Assembly: GCA_038321865.1 (NCBI GenBank)
Contig: JBBQFH010000001.1
Span: forward strand, 174,258-238,257
Length of the DNA stretch: 64,000 bases
Source of the DNA: Gemmatimonadales bacterium
Lineage (GTDB): Bacteria > Gemmatimonadota > Gemmatimonadetes > Gemmatimonadales > GWC2-71-9
Direction: 5' to 3'
Shown piece after piece: positions 20,347 through 31,399 of this stretch. Both the position numbers and the translations under genes were made by a program. Within the stretch, counting starts at the first letter, position 1. Every line of letters starts with the position of its first letter. The notes below the pieces were generated by a model, which worked only from the letters and a program-made list of their open reading frames with translations, was not told where the DNA came from and did no database searches.

Positions 20347-21459
20347 CTACAGCAGCGTCTGCACGTCGACCAGGGACAACCCGAACGCGTCGGCCACGCC
20401 AGGATACACCACCTTGCCATCCACCACGTTCAGGCCGAGGCGGAGCGCACGATCGTTGGCGCAGGCCTTCTTCCAGCCGTCACGCGCCAGCTTGAGCGCA
20501 TATGGCAGCGTGGCATTGGTCAGCGCAAGCGTAGAGGTGCGTGGCACGCCCCCCGGCATGTTGGCGACGGCGTAGTGCAGGATGCCATCCACGAAATAGG
20601 TCGGCTTCTCGTGTGTGGTCGGCTTGATCGTCTCGACGCAGCCGCCCTGGTCGACCGCCACGTCGACGATGACCGAGCCCGGCTTCATCCGCTTGAGATC
20701 AGCGCGCTTGATCAGGTGCGGCGCCTTCGCGCCCGGAAGCAGCACGGCACCGACCACCAGATCGGCGTGCTCGATGGACTCGAGAATGTTGTACCGGTTC
20801 GAATAGAGCGTATCCACGTTTTTCGGGAGCACGTCGTCGAGGTAGCGCAGGCGGTCGAGTGAAATATCGAGGATGATCACGTGGGCGCCGAGGCCTGCCG
20901 CCATCTTGGCCGCGTTGATGCCGACGACTCCGCCGCCGATGATGACCACCTCGCCCGGCGCGACGCCGGGAACGCCGCCCAGCAGGATTCCGCTCCCCCC
21001 GAAGACCTTCTCCAGGTATTTGGCACCCTCCTGCACCGCCATCCGCCCCGCGACCTCGGACATCGGCGTGAGGAGGGGCAGCTCACCGGACGGGAGCTCG
21101 ACCGTTTCGTACGCAAGCGCCACGGCGCCGGAATCGATCACCGCGCGGGTCAGATCCTCCGCCGCCGCGAAGTGGAAGTAGGTGTAGATCAGCTGCCCCT
21201 TCCGCATGCGGGGCCACTCGACCGCGATCGGCTCCTTCACCTTCATGATCATGTCGGCGCGCTGCCACACCTCGTCGGCGGTCGGCAGGATCTGCGCTCC
21301 GGCGTCGGTGTACGCCGCATCGGCGAAGCCGCTGCCCAGCCCAGCGCCCTGCTCCACGAAGACCGTGTGGCCGGCACCGACGAGGGCCTCGGCGCCCGCC
21401 GGCGCGAGCGCGATCCGGTTCTCGTTGGTCTTGATTTCCTTCGGCACGCCGATGAGCAT
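20347..21459 (-). CDS. ald: Alanine dehydrogenase
   Basis: GVPKEIK, KVKEP, PMSEVAGR, DQGGC and ANMPG. Confidence 0.96.
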   Translation of the reverse strand: MLIGVPKEIKTNENRIALAPAGAEALVGAGHTVFVEQGAGLGSGFADAAYTDAGAQILPTADEVWQRADMIMKVKEPIAVEWPRMRKGQLIYTYFHFAAAEDLTRAVIDSGAVALAYETVELPSGELPLLTPMSEVAGRMAVQEGAKYLEKVFGGSGILLGGVPGVAPGEVVIIGGGVVGINAAKMAAGLGAHVIILDISLDRLRYLDDVLPKNVDTLYSNRYNILESIEHADLVVGAVLLPGAKAPHLIKRADLKRMKPGSVIVDVAVDQGGCVETIKPTTHEKPTYFVDGILHYAVANMPGGVPRTSTLALTNATLPYALKLARDGWKKACANDRALRLGLNVVDGKVVYPGVADAFGLSLVDVQTLL

Positions 21460-21510
21460 CTGAATGTCTCTGGTAAGTGGTAGGAGGATCGTCGGTGCAA
21501 GCCGGGCGGC

Positions 21511-22770
21511 TCAGTTCCCGCCGGGCCCCAGCCGCACCACGGTCTGGCGTTCGGCCGGGAAGAATTCGGCAGCGACCTCGGCTACGTCGGCCGCCGAGAC
21601 GGCGTCGATCTGGGCGAGCATCTCGTCGAGTGGCCGGTATCGATCGCCGTGGAGGGTGAACCCCGCCAGCCGCCCCATGCGCGATACCGGGTTTTCCAGC
21701 GACAGCATGATCTGGCCCTTCAATTGCTGCTTCCCGTCGGCCAGCTCACGGGGAGAGAGCACTTCCCGGGCCAGGCGATCGTATTCACCCCTGATCGCGG
21801 AGGCGGCATTGTCGGCGGAATCGGGCTGGGTACCGACGTACACCCCGAGCTGCCCGGTGGACTGGTAGAAGCTCTTGAATGCGAATACGGCGTATGCCAG
21901 TCCCAGATCCTCCCTCACCCGCTGGAACAGCCGGCTGGACATCCCGCCGCCGAACACATTGGTCAGAATCGCCAGTGCAAACCGGCGCGGATCGCGCAGC
22001 GGAAACGTATCCGTGCCGAACACGATGTGCGTCTGCGTCGTGTCCCGGATCTCGATCCGCTCGGCGCCGCGCACCGCGGGAATGGCACTGACCGGGGCGG
22101 TCCTGGCGTCGGCCGCGGCGCCCTCAAACCAGCCCTCGCGTTCGAGCACGGTGAGCACCTGCTGGTGGTCCACATTGCCCGCCGCGGCGATGACGCAGTT
22201 GCCTCGCTGATAGGCTGCGTCGTGCAGCGCGCGCAAATCGGGCACGCCCAGCGCGCAGAGCGAGTCCCGAGTCCCGAGTATCGAATATCCGTACGGGTGG
22301 TCGGGCCAGAGCGTCGCCGAGTGCAATTCGAAGACGAGATCATCGGGCGTATCGTCCACCCCGCTGATCTCCTCGATGATGACCTTCCGCTCCGGAAGCA
22401 GATCACTGTCGCGAAGCAGGGGTCGCCGGACGATGTCGGTGAGGATCTCGGTGGCGAGCGGCAGGTCCGCGTCGAGGACGTGCGCCTGGTAGCCGGTATA
22501 GTCCCGGCCGGTGAACGCGTCGAGACTGCCGCCCCGCACCTCCAGCTCCATCGCCAGCTGCTGGGCGGTGCGGCGCTCCGTACCCTTGAATACCATGTGC
22601 TCGAGCAGATGGGACAGGCCCATCTTCTCGCGCGGCTCGTGGGCGCTGGCCTGCCGCACCCAGATGCCGACGGCCGCCGAGCGGACGCCGGGGAGCTGCT
22701 CCGTGAGCACCTGCAGCCCGTTGGGGGCCGTAGTCTGGAGCAGTCCCTCGTCGAGTCGAACCGTTTCCAA
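21511..22770 (-). CDS. M16 (pitrilysin-family) zinc peptidase
   Basis: HxxEH (HLLEH), GGGMSSRLFQ; common neighbour of pnp. Confidence 0.93.
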   Translation of the reverse strand: METVRLDEGLLQTTAPNGLQVLTEQLPGVRSAAVGIWVRQASAHEPREKMGLSHLLEHMVFKGTERRTAQQLAMELEVRGGSLDAFTGRDYTGYQAHVLDADLPLATEILTDIVRRPLLRDSDLLPERKVIIEEISGVDDTPDDLVFELHSATLWPDHPYGYSILGTRDSLCALGVPDLRALHDAAYQRGNCVIAAAGNVDHQQVLTVLEREGWFEGAAADARTAPVSAIPAVRGAERIEIRDTTQTHIVFGTDTFPLRDPRRFALAILTNVFGGGMSSRLFQRVREDLGLAYAVFAFKSFYQSTGQLGVYVGTQPDSADNAASAIRGEYDRLAREVLSPRELADGKQQLKGQIMLSLENPVSRMGRLAGFTLHGDRYRPLDEMLAQIDAVSAADVAEVAAEFFPAERQTVVRLGPGGN

Positions 22771-22776
22771 GTGAGG

Positions 22777-24858
22777 CTACTCCTTGGGCAGGAGTGCCTT
22801 CCGGGAAAGCTTCATGCGGCCGCGCTCATCGACTTCGAGAAGCTTGACCTGGACGACATCGCCCTTCTTCACGACGTCTTCGGTCTTTTCGGTCCGGCCG
22901 TGCTGCAGCTCGCTGATGTGCAGCAGTCCCTCCACGCCGGGGAGAATCTCGACGAACGCGCCGAAGGCCGTCGTGCTCTTGACCGGCCCCTCGTACGTCT
23001 TGCCGACCTCGGGCTCGGTCGTGATGGCGGCCACCATCGCGCGGGCCTTCTCGCCCGCTTCGCCGCCGACGGCCGAGATCGTGACCAGGCCGCTGTCGTC
23101 GATGTTGATGCGGGCGCCGGTCGCTTCCTGGATCGCGCGAATCGTCTTGCCCTTCGGGCCGATGACATCGCCGATCTTGGCGGGCGGAATGTGGATGGTG
23201 ATGATACGCGGCGCGTAGGGCGAGAGGTCCGCCCGGGCCGTGGAGAGCACCTTCTTCATCTCTCCCAGGATGTGGAGCCGGCCGACGCGCGCCTTCTCCA
23301 GCGCCTGCTCCATCAACTTGAGGTCGAGCCCCTCGATCTTGATGTCCATCTGGATCGACGTGATCCCGGTCTCGGTCCCCGCGACCTTGAAGTCCATGTC
23401 GCCGAGATGATCCTCGGAGCCGAGGATGTCGGTCAGAATCGCGACCTTCTTCCCTTCCTTGATCAGGCCCATCGCCACGCCGGCGCACGGCGCCTTCATG
23501 GGCACACCGGCGTCCATCAGCGCGAGCGAGCCGCCGCAGACGCTGGCCATGGACGACGAGCCGTTCGATTCGAGGATCTCCGAGACCACGCGCAGCGTGT
23601 AGGGAAACTCCTCGTAGTTCGGCAGGAGCGGGTGCAGTGCGCGTTCGGCGAGCGCCCCGTGGCCGATTTCGCGGCGGCTGGTGCCGCGCATCATCTTCAC
23701 CTCGCCGGTCGAGAACGGCGGGAAGTTGTAGTGGAGCATGAACGACTTGGTGGTCTCACCCGAGACGTCGATGCTGTCCACCCGCTGCTCGTCGTCCGCC
23801 GTCCCGAGGGTGACGGTGACCAGCGCCTGGGTCTGCCCGCGGGTGAAGAGCGCCGAACCGTGGACGCGCGGCAGCACGCTGGTCTCGATCGAAATCGGGC
23901 GGACGGTGTCGAGGTCACGGCCGTCGACGCGCTCGCCCTTGTCGAGCACCTGCTTCCGCATGGTACGGTATTCGATCTCCTCGAATTCGTTGCCGATCTC
24001 CTTGCCGCGGTCGCCGTACTCGCCGGCGAGGTCGGCGAGGATCTGTTCCTTGATCGCCTTGACGGCCGCAGTGCGGCCGGCCTTGTCCTTGGCGTTGATC
24101 GCCTTGCCCACAGCGGCTTCGCCCAGATCGCGTACCCGGCCGATCAGCGTCTCGTCGGTGGCCGCCCGCTTCCAGTCCAGCTTCTTGACCGTGACCTTCT
24201 TCACCAGCTGCTGCTCCAGGCCGACCAGCTCCTGGATGCCGCGCTGCGCGACCTTGAGTGCCTCGAGCATCTCGGCTTCGGAGATTTCCAGGGCGCCGCC
24301 CTCGACCATCACGATCGAATCGGCCGAGCCGCTGACGGTGAGATCGATGGTGGAGAACTCGAGCTGCTGGAAGGTCGGATTCAGGATCCAGTTACCATCT
24401 ACCCGGCCGACGCGGACCGCGGCGAGCGGACCGTTCCACGGCACGTTGGACACGCTGAGCGCGGCCGATGCGGCCGTCACACCCAGAATGTCGGCGTCGT
24501 TTTCCTGGTCGGCGGAGAGCACGGTGACGAACACCTGGACTTCGTTCTTGAAGCCCTCGGGAAAGAGCGGGCGGATCGAGCGATCGATCAGCCGGCAGGC
24601 GAGGATCTCCTTGTCCGACGGGCGGCCTTCGCGCTTCAGGAACCCGCCGGGAATCTTGCCGGCGGCGTAGGTCTTCTCGCGGTACTCGACGGTCAGCGGG
24701 AAGAATGGAAGCGACGAGACGTTCGGTGACACGGTCACCGCGGCGAGCACCATGGTGTCGGCGTAGCGCACGAGGACGGCGCCAGCGGCCTGCTTCGCCA
24801 TGCGCCCGGTCTCGAAGGAGAGCTGACGGCCGGCGAGTTCGGTTTCGATCCGTTGCAC
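22777..24858 (-). CDS. pnp: Polyribonucleotide nucleotidyltransferase
   Basis: RLIDRSIRPLFP, RREIGHG, ESNGSSSMA, GDMDFKVAG, KH and S1 domains; GTG start. Confidence 0.98.
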   Translation of the reverse strand: MQRIETELAGRQLSFETGRMAKQAAGAVLVRYADTMVLAAVTVSPNVSSLPFFPLTVEYREKTYAAGKIPGGFLKREGRPSDKEILACRLIDRSIRPLFPEGFKNEVQVFVTVLSADQENDADILGVTAASAALSVSNVPWNGPLAAVRVGRVDGNWILNPTFQQLEFSTIDLTVSGSADSIVMVEGGALEISEAEMLEALKVAQRGIQELVGLEQQLVKKVTVKKLDWKRAATDETLIGRVRDLGEAAVGKAINAKDKAGRTAAVKAIKEQILADLAGEYGDRGKEIGNEFEEIEYRTMRKQVLDKGERVDGRDLDTVRPISIETSVLPRVHGSALFTRGQTQALVTVTLGTADDEQRVDSIDVSGETTKSFMLHYNFPPFSTGEVKMMRGTSRREIGHGALAERALHPLLPNYEEFPYTLRVVSEILESNGSSSMASVCGGSLALMDAGVPMKAPCAGVAMGLIKEGKKVAILTDILGSEDHLGDMDFKVAGTETGITSIQMDIKIEGLDLKLMEQALEKARVGRLHILGEMKKVLSTARADLSPYAPRIITIHIPPAKIGDVIGPKGKTIRAIQEATGARINIDDSGLVTISAVGGEAGEKARAMVAAITTEPEVGKTYEGPVKSTTAFGAFVEILPGVEGLLHISELQHGRTEKTEDVVKKGDVVQVKLLEVDERGRMKLSRKALLPKE

Positions 24859-24917
24859 GATTACAGCCTTCTCTCTAGTGGGTTTCGGTTTCTTTCCTGC
24901 ATCGATCCTCAAAACGG

Positions 24918-24951
24918 ACAGGGCGCCCCGACCGAATGTCAGGACGCCCTG
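24918..24951 (-). terminator. Hairpin between rpsO and pnp (terminator or processing stem)
   Basis: CAGGGCGTCCTGAC-ATTCG-GTCGGGGCGCCCTG followed by TCCGTTTT on the minus strand. Confidence 0.6.
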
Positions 24952-24966
24952 GATGCTTCATCATGG

Positions 24967-25227
24967 CTAGTGGCGCAGACCGAGCTGTTCGATGAGTGAC
25001 CGGTACATCGGCAGATCGCTGCGCTTCAGGTAGGTCAGCAGCCGCCGCCGTGTGCCGACCATCTTGAGCAACCCCCGACGGCTGTGATGATCCTTCGGGT
25101 GGGTCCGGAAGTGGTCGGTAAGCGAGTTGATCCGCTCGGTCAGCAGCGCCACCTGCACCTTGGTCGAGCCGGTATCGGTCTCGTGCTGCTGGTGCTTCGC
25201 CATCACTGCGGGCTTGTCGAGAATCAT
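24967..25227 (-). CDS. rpsO: 30S ribosomal protein S15
   Basis: DTGS..VQVALLT.RI and [13 protein letters not shown]. Confidence 0.98.
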   Translation of the reverse strand: MILDKPAVMAKHQQHETDTGSTKVQVALLTERINSLTDHFRTHPKDHHSRRGLLKMVGTRRRLLTYLKRSDLPMYRSLIEQLGLRH

Positions 25228-25290
25228 TCTGCCAAAGTCCCCTTGCGGCCATACGGCCCGTTCAGACGCCCTAAAGTCACGTAGCTGCGG

Positions 25291-25320
25291 AAGATAACCC
25301 GCACCCCGACGGCGAGGCAA
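25291..25320 (-). promoter_or_regulatory. sigma70 promoter of rpsO
   Basis: TTGCCT-18-TATCTT. Confidence 0.55.
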
Positions 25321-25338
25321 CCCCCGCCCCGGGTCCCG

Positions 25339-26736
25339 TTACCCGGGCCGGATCCCCTCGATCAGCCGCCGAATGTCGTTCCAGAACGCGAACACCATCA
25401 GCATCAGGATGAGCACCAGGCCGACCATCGTCAGCCGCTCGCGCAGCTTGAGCGGCAAAGGCCGCCGCAGCACGGCTTCACCCAGCAGAAACATGAACTG
25501 GCCACCATCCAGTACCGGCACAGGCAGCAGATTGAGCACCGCAAGATTGACCGAAATCAATGCCATGAACCCGAGGAACGCCTCGCCGCCGAGCCGCGCC
25601 GTCTGGCCCGCCAACTGCCCGATGAGGATCGGCCCCCCCAGCTCGCGCCCGGCGACGCGGCCGTTGAGCAGCCCGCGAACCGTACGGCCGACCTGGCTCG
25701 ACGCGTCGACCGTTCGGCGCCAGCCTTCGGCAAACGCCCCGCCGAGCGAGTAGGGGCGTGTCCGGACCTTCGGCAATCCACCCCCGATCCCCAGGCGGCC
25801 CACCGTCCGCCTGGCTCCGGCGGAGTCGGTGACGGTCTCCGCCGCCGTGATGATCGTGAGGTCGAGGTGGCGCATCCCGCGGGCGAGCGTCAGCGTGATC
25901 GGGGAGGATACATGCGGCTCGACGAGCGGCGTTACATCGAGCCACTGCGAGAGCGGCTGCCCGTCGATGGCAAGCACCGTATCGCCGACCTCGACGCCGG
26001 CGCGCGCGGCCGGCTGTCCGGGCACCACTTGGTTCACCACCGGAGGCACGAACGGAAAGATCGAGGCTGCGGCCAGCAGGCGCTCCTTCAAGGCGTCCCG
26101 GTGGATGGCGAGCACCACGTCACGGCCGCCTGCCAGGCCGATCGAGACCGTGTTGTCGGGTGCGGTCCGGATCCCGTCCACGATTTCATCCCAGCTCGCG
26201 ACCGGCCGCCCGGCCACGCTCACGATGCGGTCGCCGGCACGCAGGGATTTCAGCGCCTCGGCGCCCGCCGGGATCAGGCTGTCGGTGATGGCGCCGACCC
26301 GCGTTTCCACGACGAGCTGCTCACCCTTCCAGAGCGAGAGCCCCGTGTAGACCAGGTACGCGAACAGCACGTTCATCGACACGCCGGCGAGGATCACGAT
26401 CATCCGCTTCCACACCGGCTTCGCTTCGAACATCCGGTCAGGCGGGACCTCGGCCAGCGGCGTCCCGCCTTCCAGCGCCGCACTCGTCGCCTCTTCCTCG
26501 CGGCTCGCCATCTTCACGTAGCCGCCAAGCGGGAGCCACGAGACGGAGTATTCGGTCTCTCCCCGGCGAAACGTCAGTGCGCGAATCGGACTCCCGAGCC
26601 CGAGCGAAAAACGGTGGACGTAGATCCCGGCCCACTTGGCCGCCAGAAAGTGTCCCGCCTCGTGCACGAAGACCAGCACGCCGAGTACCACCGCGAGCGC
26701 CAGCAGCGAGGTCACGAAACTGATCACGGCGTTCAC
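25339..26736 (-). CDS. rseP: RIP metalloprotease RseP
   Basis: HEAGH, PLGGYV, two PDZ domains, NLLPVPVLDGG. Confidence 0.96.
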   Translation of the reverse strand: MNAVISFVTSLLALAVVLGVLVFVHEAGHFLAAKWAGIYVHRFSLGLGSPIRALTFRRGETEYSVSWLPLGGYVKMASREEEATSAALEGGTPLAEVPPDRMFEAKPVWKRMIVILAGVSMNVLFAYLVYTGLSLWKGEQLVVETRVGAITDSLIPAGAEALKSLRAGDRIVSVAGRPVASWDEIVDGIRTAPDNTVSIGLAGGRDVVLAIHRDALKERLLAAASIFPFVPPVVNQVVPGQPAARAGVEVGDTVLAIDGQPLSQWLDVTPLVEPHVSSPITLTLARGMRHLDLTIITAAETVTDSAGARRTVGRLGIGGGLPKVRTRPYSLGGAFAEGWRRTVDASSQVGRTVRGLLNGRVAGRELGGPILIGQLAGQTARLGGEAFLGFMALISVNLAVLNLLPVPVLDGGQFMFLLGEAVLRRPLPLKLRERLTMVGLVLILMLMVFAFWNDIRRLIEGIRPG

Positions 26737-27854
26737 TGCAGCAGCTCCCTGATGCGGCGGCGCGCCCAGCAGTCGGCGTCGCGCAGCGTGTCCGCATCGT
26801 CACCCGGACCGATGCGGTGCTCGCCGAGCACTCGCTCGAGAAGGTCGCTGATCCCGCCGAAGGTCGTGGCGCCGGAAAGAAACGCGGCCACCGCTTCCTC
26901 ATTTGCAGCGTTGAACACGGCGGGTGCGGTACCGCCGGCCCGCCCGGCCGCAATACCGCACCGGAAGGCACCGAAGCTGTCGGTCCGCACTGGCTCGAAG
27001 GTGAGCGGTCCGGCCGCCACCGGATCGAACCGACGTATTCCGGCATCGGCCAGCCGGTGGGGATGCGTCAGTGAGTAGAGGATCGGGAGCTCCATCGAAG
27101 GAAAACCGAGCTGGGCGAGGACGCTCCCGTCGGCGAACTCTGCGAATGCGTGAATGACGCTCTGGGGATGCACGACGGCCTCGAGTTTGTCGTAGGACAG
27201 GCCGAACAGGAAGTGCGCCTCGATGAGCTCCAGCGCCTTGTTGGCCAGCGTGGCACTGTCGACCGAGATCTTCCGGCCCATGCGCCACGTCGGATGATTC
27301 AGCGCCTCGTCAACGGTGGCGGCGGCCAGCCGTGCGACCGGCCAGTCGCGGAACGGTCCGCCGGAGGCCGTCAGGATGAGGCGGCTGAGCGAGTGCTGCT
27401 GGCCGGTGACGCACTGCAGCACCGCGCTGTGCTCACTGTCCACCGGCACGATGTCCCCCCCGCCGGCCCGTGCGGCCGCCGCCACCAGCTCGCCGCCCAT
27501 CACCAGTGACTCCTTGTTGGCCAGCGCGACGCGCTTGCCGGCCCGCAGCGCAGCGAGCGTGGCATCGAGTCCGGCCGAGCCAACAACGGCATTGACGACG
27601 ATGTCGGCGTCGGGGTGCGTGGCGGCTTCAATCAGGACCTGGGGACCATACGGCAGACCATCGCCAGGGATTCCGCCTGCCAGCCCGGCGTACGTCGGTT
27701 GCCACTCGGCGATCTGCTCCCGCAGCCGCTCCCCGTCACGGTGCGCCGTGAGGGCGACGACACGGAACTCGTCGGGATGGCGGCGAAGCACCTCGAGCGT
27801 GCTGCGGCCGACCGAGCCGGTCGAGCCGAGTACCGCGACCCCCCGCTGAGTCAT
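26733..27854 (-). CDS. dxr: 1-deoxy-D-xylulose-5-phosphate reductoisomerase
   Basis: GSTGSVG, LANKES, PVDSEH, HPTWRMG and NAANE; start at MTQRG. Confidence 0.97.
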   Translation of the reverse strand: MTQRGVAVLGSTGSVGRSTLEVLRRHPDEFRVVALTAHRDGERLREQIAEWQPTYAGLAGGIPGDGLPYGPQVLIEAATHPDADIVVNAVVGSAGLDATLAALRAGKRVALANKESLVMGGELVAAAARAGGGDIVPVDSEHSAVLQCVTGQQHSLSRLILTASGGPFRDWPVARLAAATVDEALNHPTWRMGRKISVDSATLANKALELIEAHFLFGLSYDKLEAVVHPQSVIHAFAEFADGSVLAQLGFPSMELPILYSLTHPHRLADAGIRRFDPVAAGPLTFEPVRTDSFGAFRCGIAAGRAGGTAPAVFNAANEEAVAAFLSGATTFGGISDLLERVLGEHRIGPGDDADTLRDADCWARRRIRELLQ

Positions 27855-28720
27855 CAGAGGAGGCCGAAGGCCCGATACATCGCCGCGGCGAGGGGAATGA
27901 CGAAGTAGAGCGAATCGAAGCGGTCCAGGATGCCGCCGTGGCCCGGAATGAGGGCGCTCGAATCCTTCACCCCGGCTTCCCGCTTCAGCAGTGACTCGGC
28001 CAGATCGCCCACCTGTCCCAGTGTGGACCAGACGATTGCCATCACCACCAGGGCGCCGGTGGACGCGCGGATTCCGAGCCTGGGGAATACGGCGAGCCCG
28101 AAGATCAGCGCGACGATCATGCCGCCGGCCACGCCCGCTGCGCTGCCCGAGCGAGTCTTCCCCGGGCTGACCGTCGGCGCCAGCTTGGGCCCCTTCATCG
28201 CACGTCCGCCGAACATCGCGGCGGTGTCGCAAACCCAGGTCACAACCAGCGGAAAGAACACCAGCCAGGTGCCGGGCCAGGAGCGAAGCGGGAAGCCTCC
28301 GTGGCGCAGGACGAGAAGAAACGCAGGGAGCGCGCCGGCATAGAGCGGCGCCAGCACCGTGACCGCCACGGCGCCGAGCGGACGATCGGCCGGCCCCCGC
28401 GCTGTCAGCGCCCAGGTCAGCAGCCCGATCAGCCATAGCGCTCCGGCGTACGGCCACCATGCGAGGATGAGCGCACCCGCGCGGAGATTCGTGAGCACGA
28501 GATAGGTGAACGGAGCGAATGATGCTGCCGTCAGCATGGCGAGCGGCCGGAATGCCCGCATGCCGAGGTGATTCGCGAAGTCCAGCAGCTCACCGGTCCC
28601 CAGTGCGCCGATCAGGGCTACGAGCGCTACCAGAGGCCAGCCGCCCAGCCAGACGATGCCCAATGCGACTGGGATGGCGACGGCGGCGAATCCGACGCGG
28701 CGGACCAGGTTCGAATCCAT
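27854..28720 (-). CDS. cdsA: Phosphatidate cytidylyltransferase
   Basis: SPGKT and GDLAESLLKREAGVKDS..IPGHGGILDRFDS. Confidence 0.95.
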   Translation of the reverse strand: MDSNLVRRVGFAAVAIPVALGIVWLGGWPLVALVALIGALGTGELLDFANHLGMRAFRPLAMLTAASFAPFTYLVLTNLRAGALILAWWPYAGALWLIGLLTWALTARGPADRPLGAVAVTVLAPLYAGALPAFLLVLRHGGFPLRSWPGTWLVFFPLVVTWVCDTAAMFGGRAMKGPKLAPTVSPGKTRSGSAAGVAGGMIVALIFGLAVFPRLGIRASTGALVVMAIVWSTLGQVGDLAESLLKREAGVKDSSALIPGHGGILDRFDSLYFVIPLAAAMYRAFGLL

Positions 28721-29427
28721 CAGACGGAGACCCGCCCGAACCGGCGCTCGCGCCGCTGATAGTCGAGGATTGCGTCGAAGAGATCCTGGCGGGTGAAATC
28801 GGGCCACAGTACGGGCGTCACGTACAGCTCGGCATAGGCGAGCTGCCAGAGCAGAAAATTCGAAATGCGCATCTCGCCCGAGGTCCGGATCAGCAGATCC
28901 GGGTCGGGCCACGCGGATGTGTAGAGCTGGCGCGCGATTGCATCTTCATCGATGTCAGCCGGATCGAGACGGCCCGCCGCCACCTCCTCCGCCAGCAGGC
29001 GGGCGGCCCGCGTAATCTCAGCGCGGGAGCTGTACGAAATGCAGAGATTCAGCGCCAGCGCCGTTCCGCCGGCGGTGTGCGCCATGACCCGATCGACGGC
29101 CGAGCGCGCGCCGCCGCCCAGCCGGTCGAGGTCCCCGAGGATGCGGACGGAGACACTCTTTTCCCGGAGCTCGTCGGCTTCCTTGGCGATGTATTCCTCG
29201 AGCAGGCCCATCAGCGCCTCGATCTCCGGCGCGGGCCGCTGCCAGTTCTCCTGGCTGAAGGCGAAGAGTGTCAGGACCTCGACACCGGCTTCGAGGCAGC
29301 CGGCAACCACTTCCCGGACCGCGCGCATCCCGGCGTGATGACCCAGCGGGCGCGGGAGCCTGCGCCCCTTGGCCCACCGTCCGTTGCCGTCCATGATGAT
29401 TGCGACATGTGCGGGAACGTCGCCCAT
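28720..29427 (-). CDS. uppS: Undecaprenyl/isoprenyl diphosphate synthase
   Basis: IMDGNGRW, FSQENW and RTSGEMRISNFLLWQ. Confidence 0.97.
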   Translation of the reverse strand: MGDVPAHVAIIMDGNGRWAKGRRLPRPLGHHAGMRAVREVVAGCLEAGVEVLTLFAFSQENWQRPAPEIEALMGLLEEYIAKEADELREKSVSVRILGDLDRLGGGARSAVDRVMAHTAGGTALALNLCISYSSRAEITRAARLLAEEVAAGRLDPADIDEDAIARQLYTSAWPDPDLLIRTSGEMRISNFLLWQLAYAELYVTPVLWPDFTRQDLFDAILDYQRRERRFGRVSV

Positions 29428-29431
29428 GCGA

Positions 29432-29986
29432 TCAGACTTCCATGATTTCCGCTTCCTTGGAGACGATCAGGCCGTCGATCTGCTTGATGTGCTCGTCGGT
29501 GAGCTTCTGGATGTCCTTTTCCGCGCGGGTCTTGTCGTCCTCGGAGATCTTCTCGATTTTCTTGATCTTCGACAGCGCATCGGTCCGCGCGTGCCGCACC
29601 CCGACGCGTCCCTCCTCCGCCAGCTTGTGCACCACCTTGACCAGCTCCTTGCGGCGCTCCTCCGAGAGCATCGGCAGCGGCACCCGGATGACCGCGCCCT
29701 GCGTGGCCGGATTGAGCCCCAGCCCCGAGTCGCGAATGGCCTTTTCGATGGCCTGCGTGAGGCCCTTGTCGAACGGCTGCACGGTCAGGAGCCGCGGCTC
29801 CGGCGCGGAGACCATCGCCACCTGATTCACCGGTACGTGGCTGCCATATGCCTCGACGCGCACGACATCCAGCAGCGTCGCCGACGCCTTGCCGCTTCGC
29901 AGCCCGCTCAGCTCGCGCTTGGTGCTCTCGACCGCCTTGTGCATCGCTTCTTTGGCGTGCTTGGCCGCCTCGGGAATCGTGCTCAT
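29432..29986 (-). CDS. frr: Ribosome recycling factor
   Basis: RSGKA and [11 protein letters not shown]; 184 aa. Confidence 0.97.
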   Translation of the reverse strand: MSTIPEAAKHAKEAMHKAVESTKRELSGLRSGKASATLLDVVRVEAYGSHVPVNQVAMVSAPEPRLLTVQPFDKGLTQAIEKAIRDSGLGLNPATQGAVIRVPLPMLSEERRKELVKVVHKLAEEGRVGVRHARTDALSKIKKIEKISEDDKTRAEKDIQKLTDEHIKQIDGLIVSKEAEIMEV

Positions 29987-30693
29987 CGGACGATGGTCCC
30001 CACCCGTTCGCCTTGGAGGACGCGCGCGATGGCGCCGGGTTCATTGATGTTGAAGACGACGATCGGAAGCTGGTTGGCCTTGCAGAGCCCGAAGGCATTC
30101 GCATCCATCACGGCATAGTTCTTCACGATCGCCTCCTGGAAGGAAAGCTCGGGAATGAACGTCGCCGTCGGGTCCTTCCGGGGGTCGCTGGTGTAGATCC
30201 CGTCCACATTGGTGGCCTTGAGGATCACATCGGCCTCGACCTCGAGCGCGCGCAGTACACCCGCGGTATCGGTCGAGAAGAACGGGTTCCCGGTGCCGCC
30301 GGCGAAGATGATGAGCCTGCCCTTCTCGAGATGGCGAATCGCCCGGCGGCGGATATAGGGCTCCGCCAGCGATTCCATGCGGATCGCGGTCATGACCCGG
30401 GTGTTGACGCCGATCTTCTCCAGCACGTCCTGCAGCGCCAGCGCGTTGATGACGGTGGCGAGCATGCCCATGTAATCGGCCGAGACGCGATCAAGGCCTT
30501 CGCGGCTGGCGGTGGCCCCGCGAATGATGTTGCCACCCCCGACGACGAGGCAGAGCTGCACACCGAGCGCGTGCACCTCCTTGATCTCGTCCGCGAGCGT
30601 CTCGACCACCTGGTAGTCGAGGCCCGATCCCTTGTCGCCCGCCAGCGCCTCGCCGGAAACCTTCAGCAGGGCGCGGGAGTAGGCGAGCGCCAT
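29983..30693 (-). CDS. pyrH: UMP kinase
   Basis: [20 protein letters not shown] and GNPFFSTD. Confidence 0.98.
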   Translation of the reverse strand: MALAYSRALLKVSGEALAGDKGSGLDYQVVETLADEIKEVHALGVQLCLVVGGGNIIRGATASREGLDRVSADYMGMLATVINALALQDVLEKIGVNTRVMTAIRMESLAEPYIRRRAIRHLEKGRLIIFAGGTGNPFFSTDTAGVLRALEVEADVILKATNVDGIYTSDPRKDPTATFIPELSFQEAIVKNYAVMDANAFGLCKANQLPIVVFNINEPGAIARVLQGERVGTIVR

Positions 30694-31298
30694 CAGGCGG
30701 CTCCGACCTGGAACCGGGCGAACCGACGAACGGTGATCACTTCGCCCATCTTGGCCGAGGCTTCCTTCACCAGCTGTCCGACGGTCTGCTTGTCGTCGCG
30801 CACGAAGGGCTGCTCGAGCAGCGTCCGCTCTGCCACGAACTTCCTCAACTTGCCGTCGACGATCTTGGCCCTGATGTTTTCCGGCTTGCCTTCCTTCGCC
30901 ACCTGCTCCTCGGCGATGCGCCGCTCGCGGTCAAGCAGGTCGGCCGGCACGTCCTCCACATTCACCCCGATCGGATCGGCCGAGGCGACGTGCAGGGCGA
31001 TGTCGCGGGCCAGCTGGCCAAAGGCCTCGTTTCGCGCCACGAAGTCGGTCTCGCAATTGAGCTCCACCATGGCGCCGACCTGGCCGTTGTGGTGGATATA
31101 GCTGACCACCAGGCCCTGTGAGGCGGTGCGGCCCGCGCGCTTCTCGGCCTTGGCGATACCCTTGGCGCGGAGAATCTCGCCGGCCTTGTTCATGTCGCCG
31201 CCGGCCTCCTCGAGCGCCTTCTTGCAGTCCATCATGCCGGCGCTGGTGCGCGCGCGCAGCTCGGCCACATCCTTCGGGGAAATCATCGTGCTCGCCAT
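30693..31298 (-). CDS. tsf: Elongation factor Ts (short form, about 200 aa)
   Basis: GMMDCKKAL and [11 protein letters not shown]. Confidence 0.97.
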   Translation of the reverse strand: MASTMISPKDVAELRARTSAGMMDCKKALEEAGGDMNKAGEILRAKGIAKAEKRAGRTASQGLVVSYIHHNGQVGAMVELNCETDFVARNEAFGQLARDIALHVASADPIGVNVEDVPADLLDRERRIAEEQVAKEGKPENIRAKIVDGKLRKFVAERTLLEQPFVRDDKQTVGQLVKEASAKMGEVITVRRFARFQVGAA

Positions 31299-31366
31299 TT
31301 TCTCAACCCACATTCGGTTCGGGGGTGAATACCAGAACCGCCGCTCAGGGCCCGCGTAGGCCAAGA

Positions 31367-31397
31367 GCGGCGGCAGTTCAGCGTGACTGGCCGCCGC
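31367..31397 (-). terminator. Hairpin between rpsB and tsf (possible attenuator)
   Basis: GCGGCGGC...GCCGCCGC inverted repeat just after the rpsB stop. Confidence 0.45.
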
Positions 31398-31399
31398 GA

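Noticed and set aside
21649..24729. 1026-aa plus-strand ORF antisense to pnp and the M16 peptidase
   Set aside because: Same antisense shadow effect
30693..31298. Short EF-Ts (about 200 aa) as a possible truncation
   Set aside because: The short form is a known natural class; motifs and operon coupling are intact
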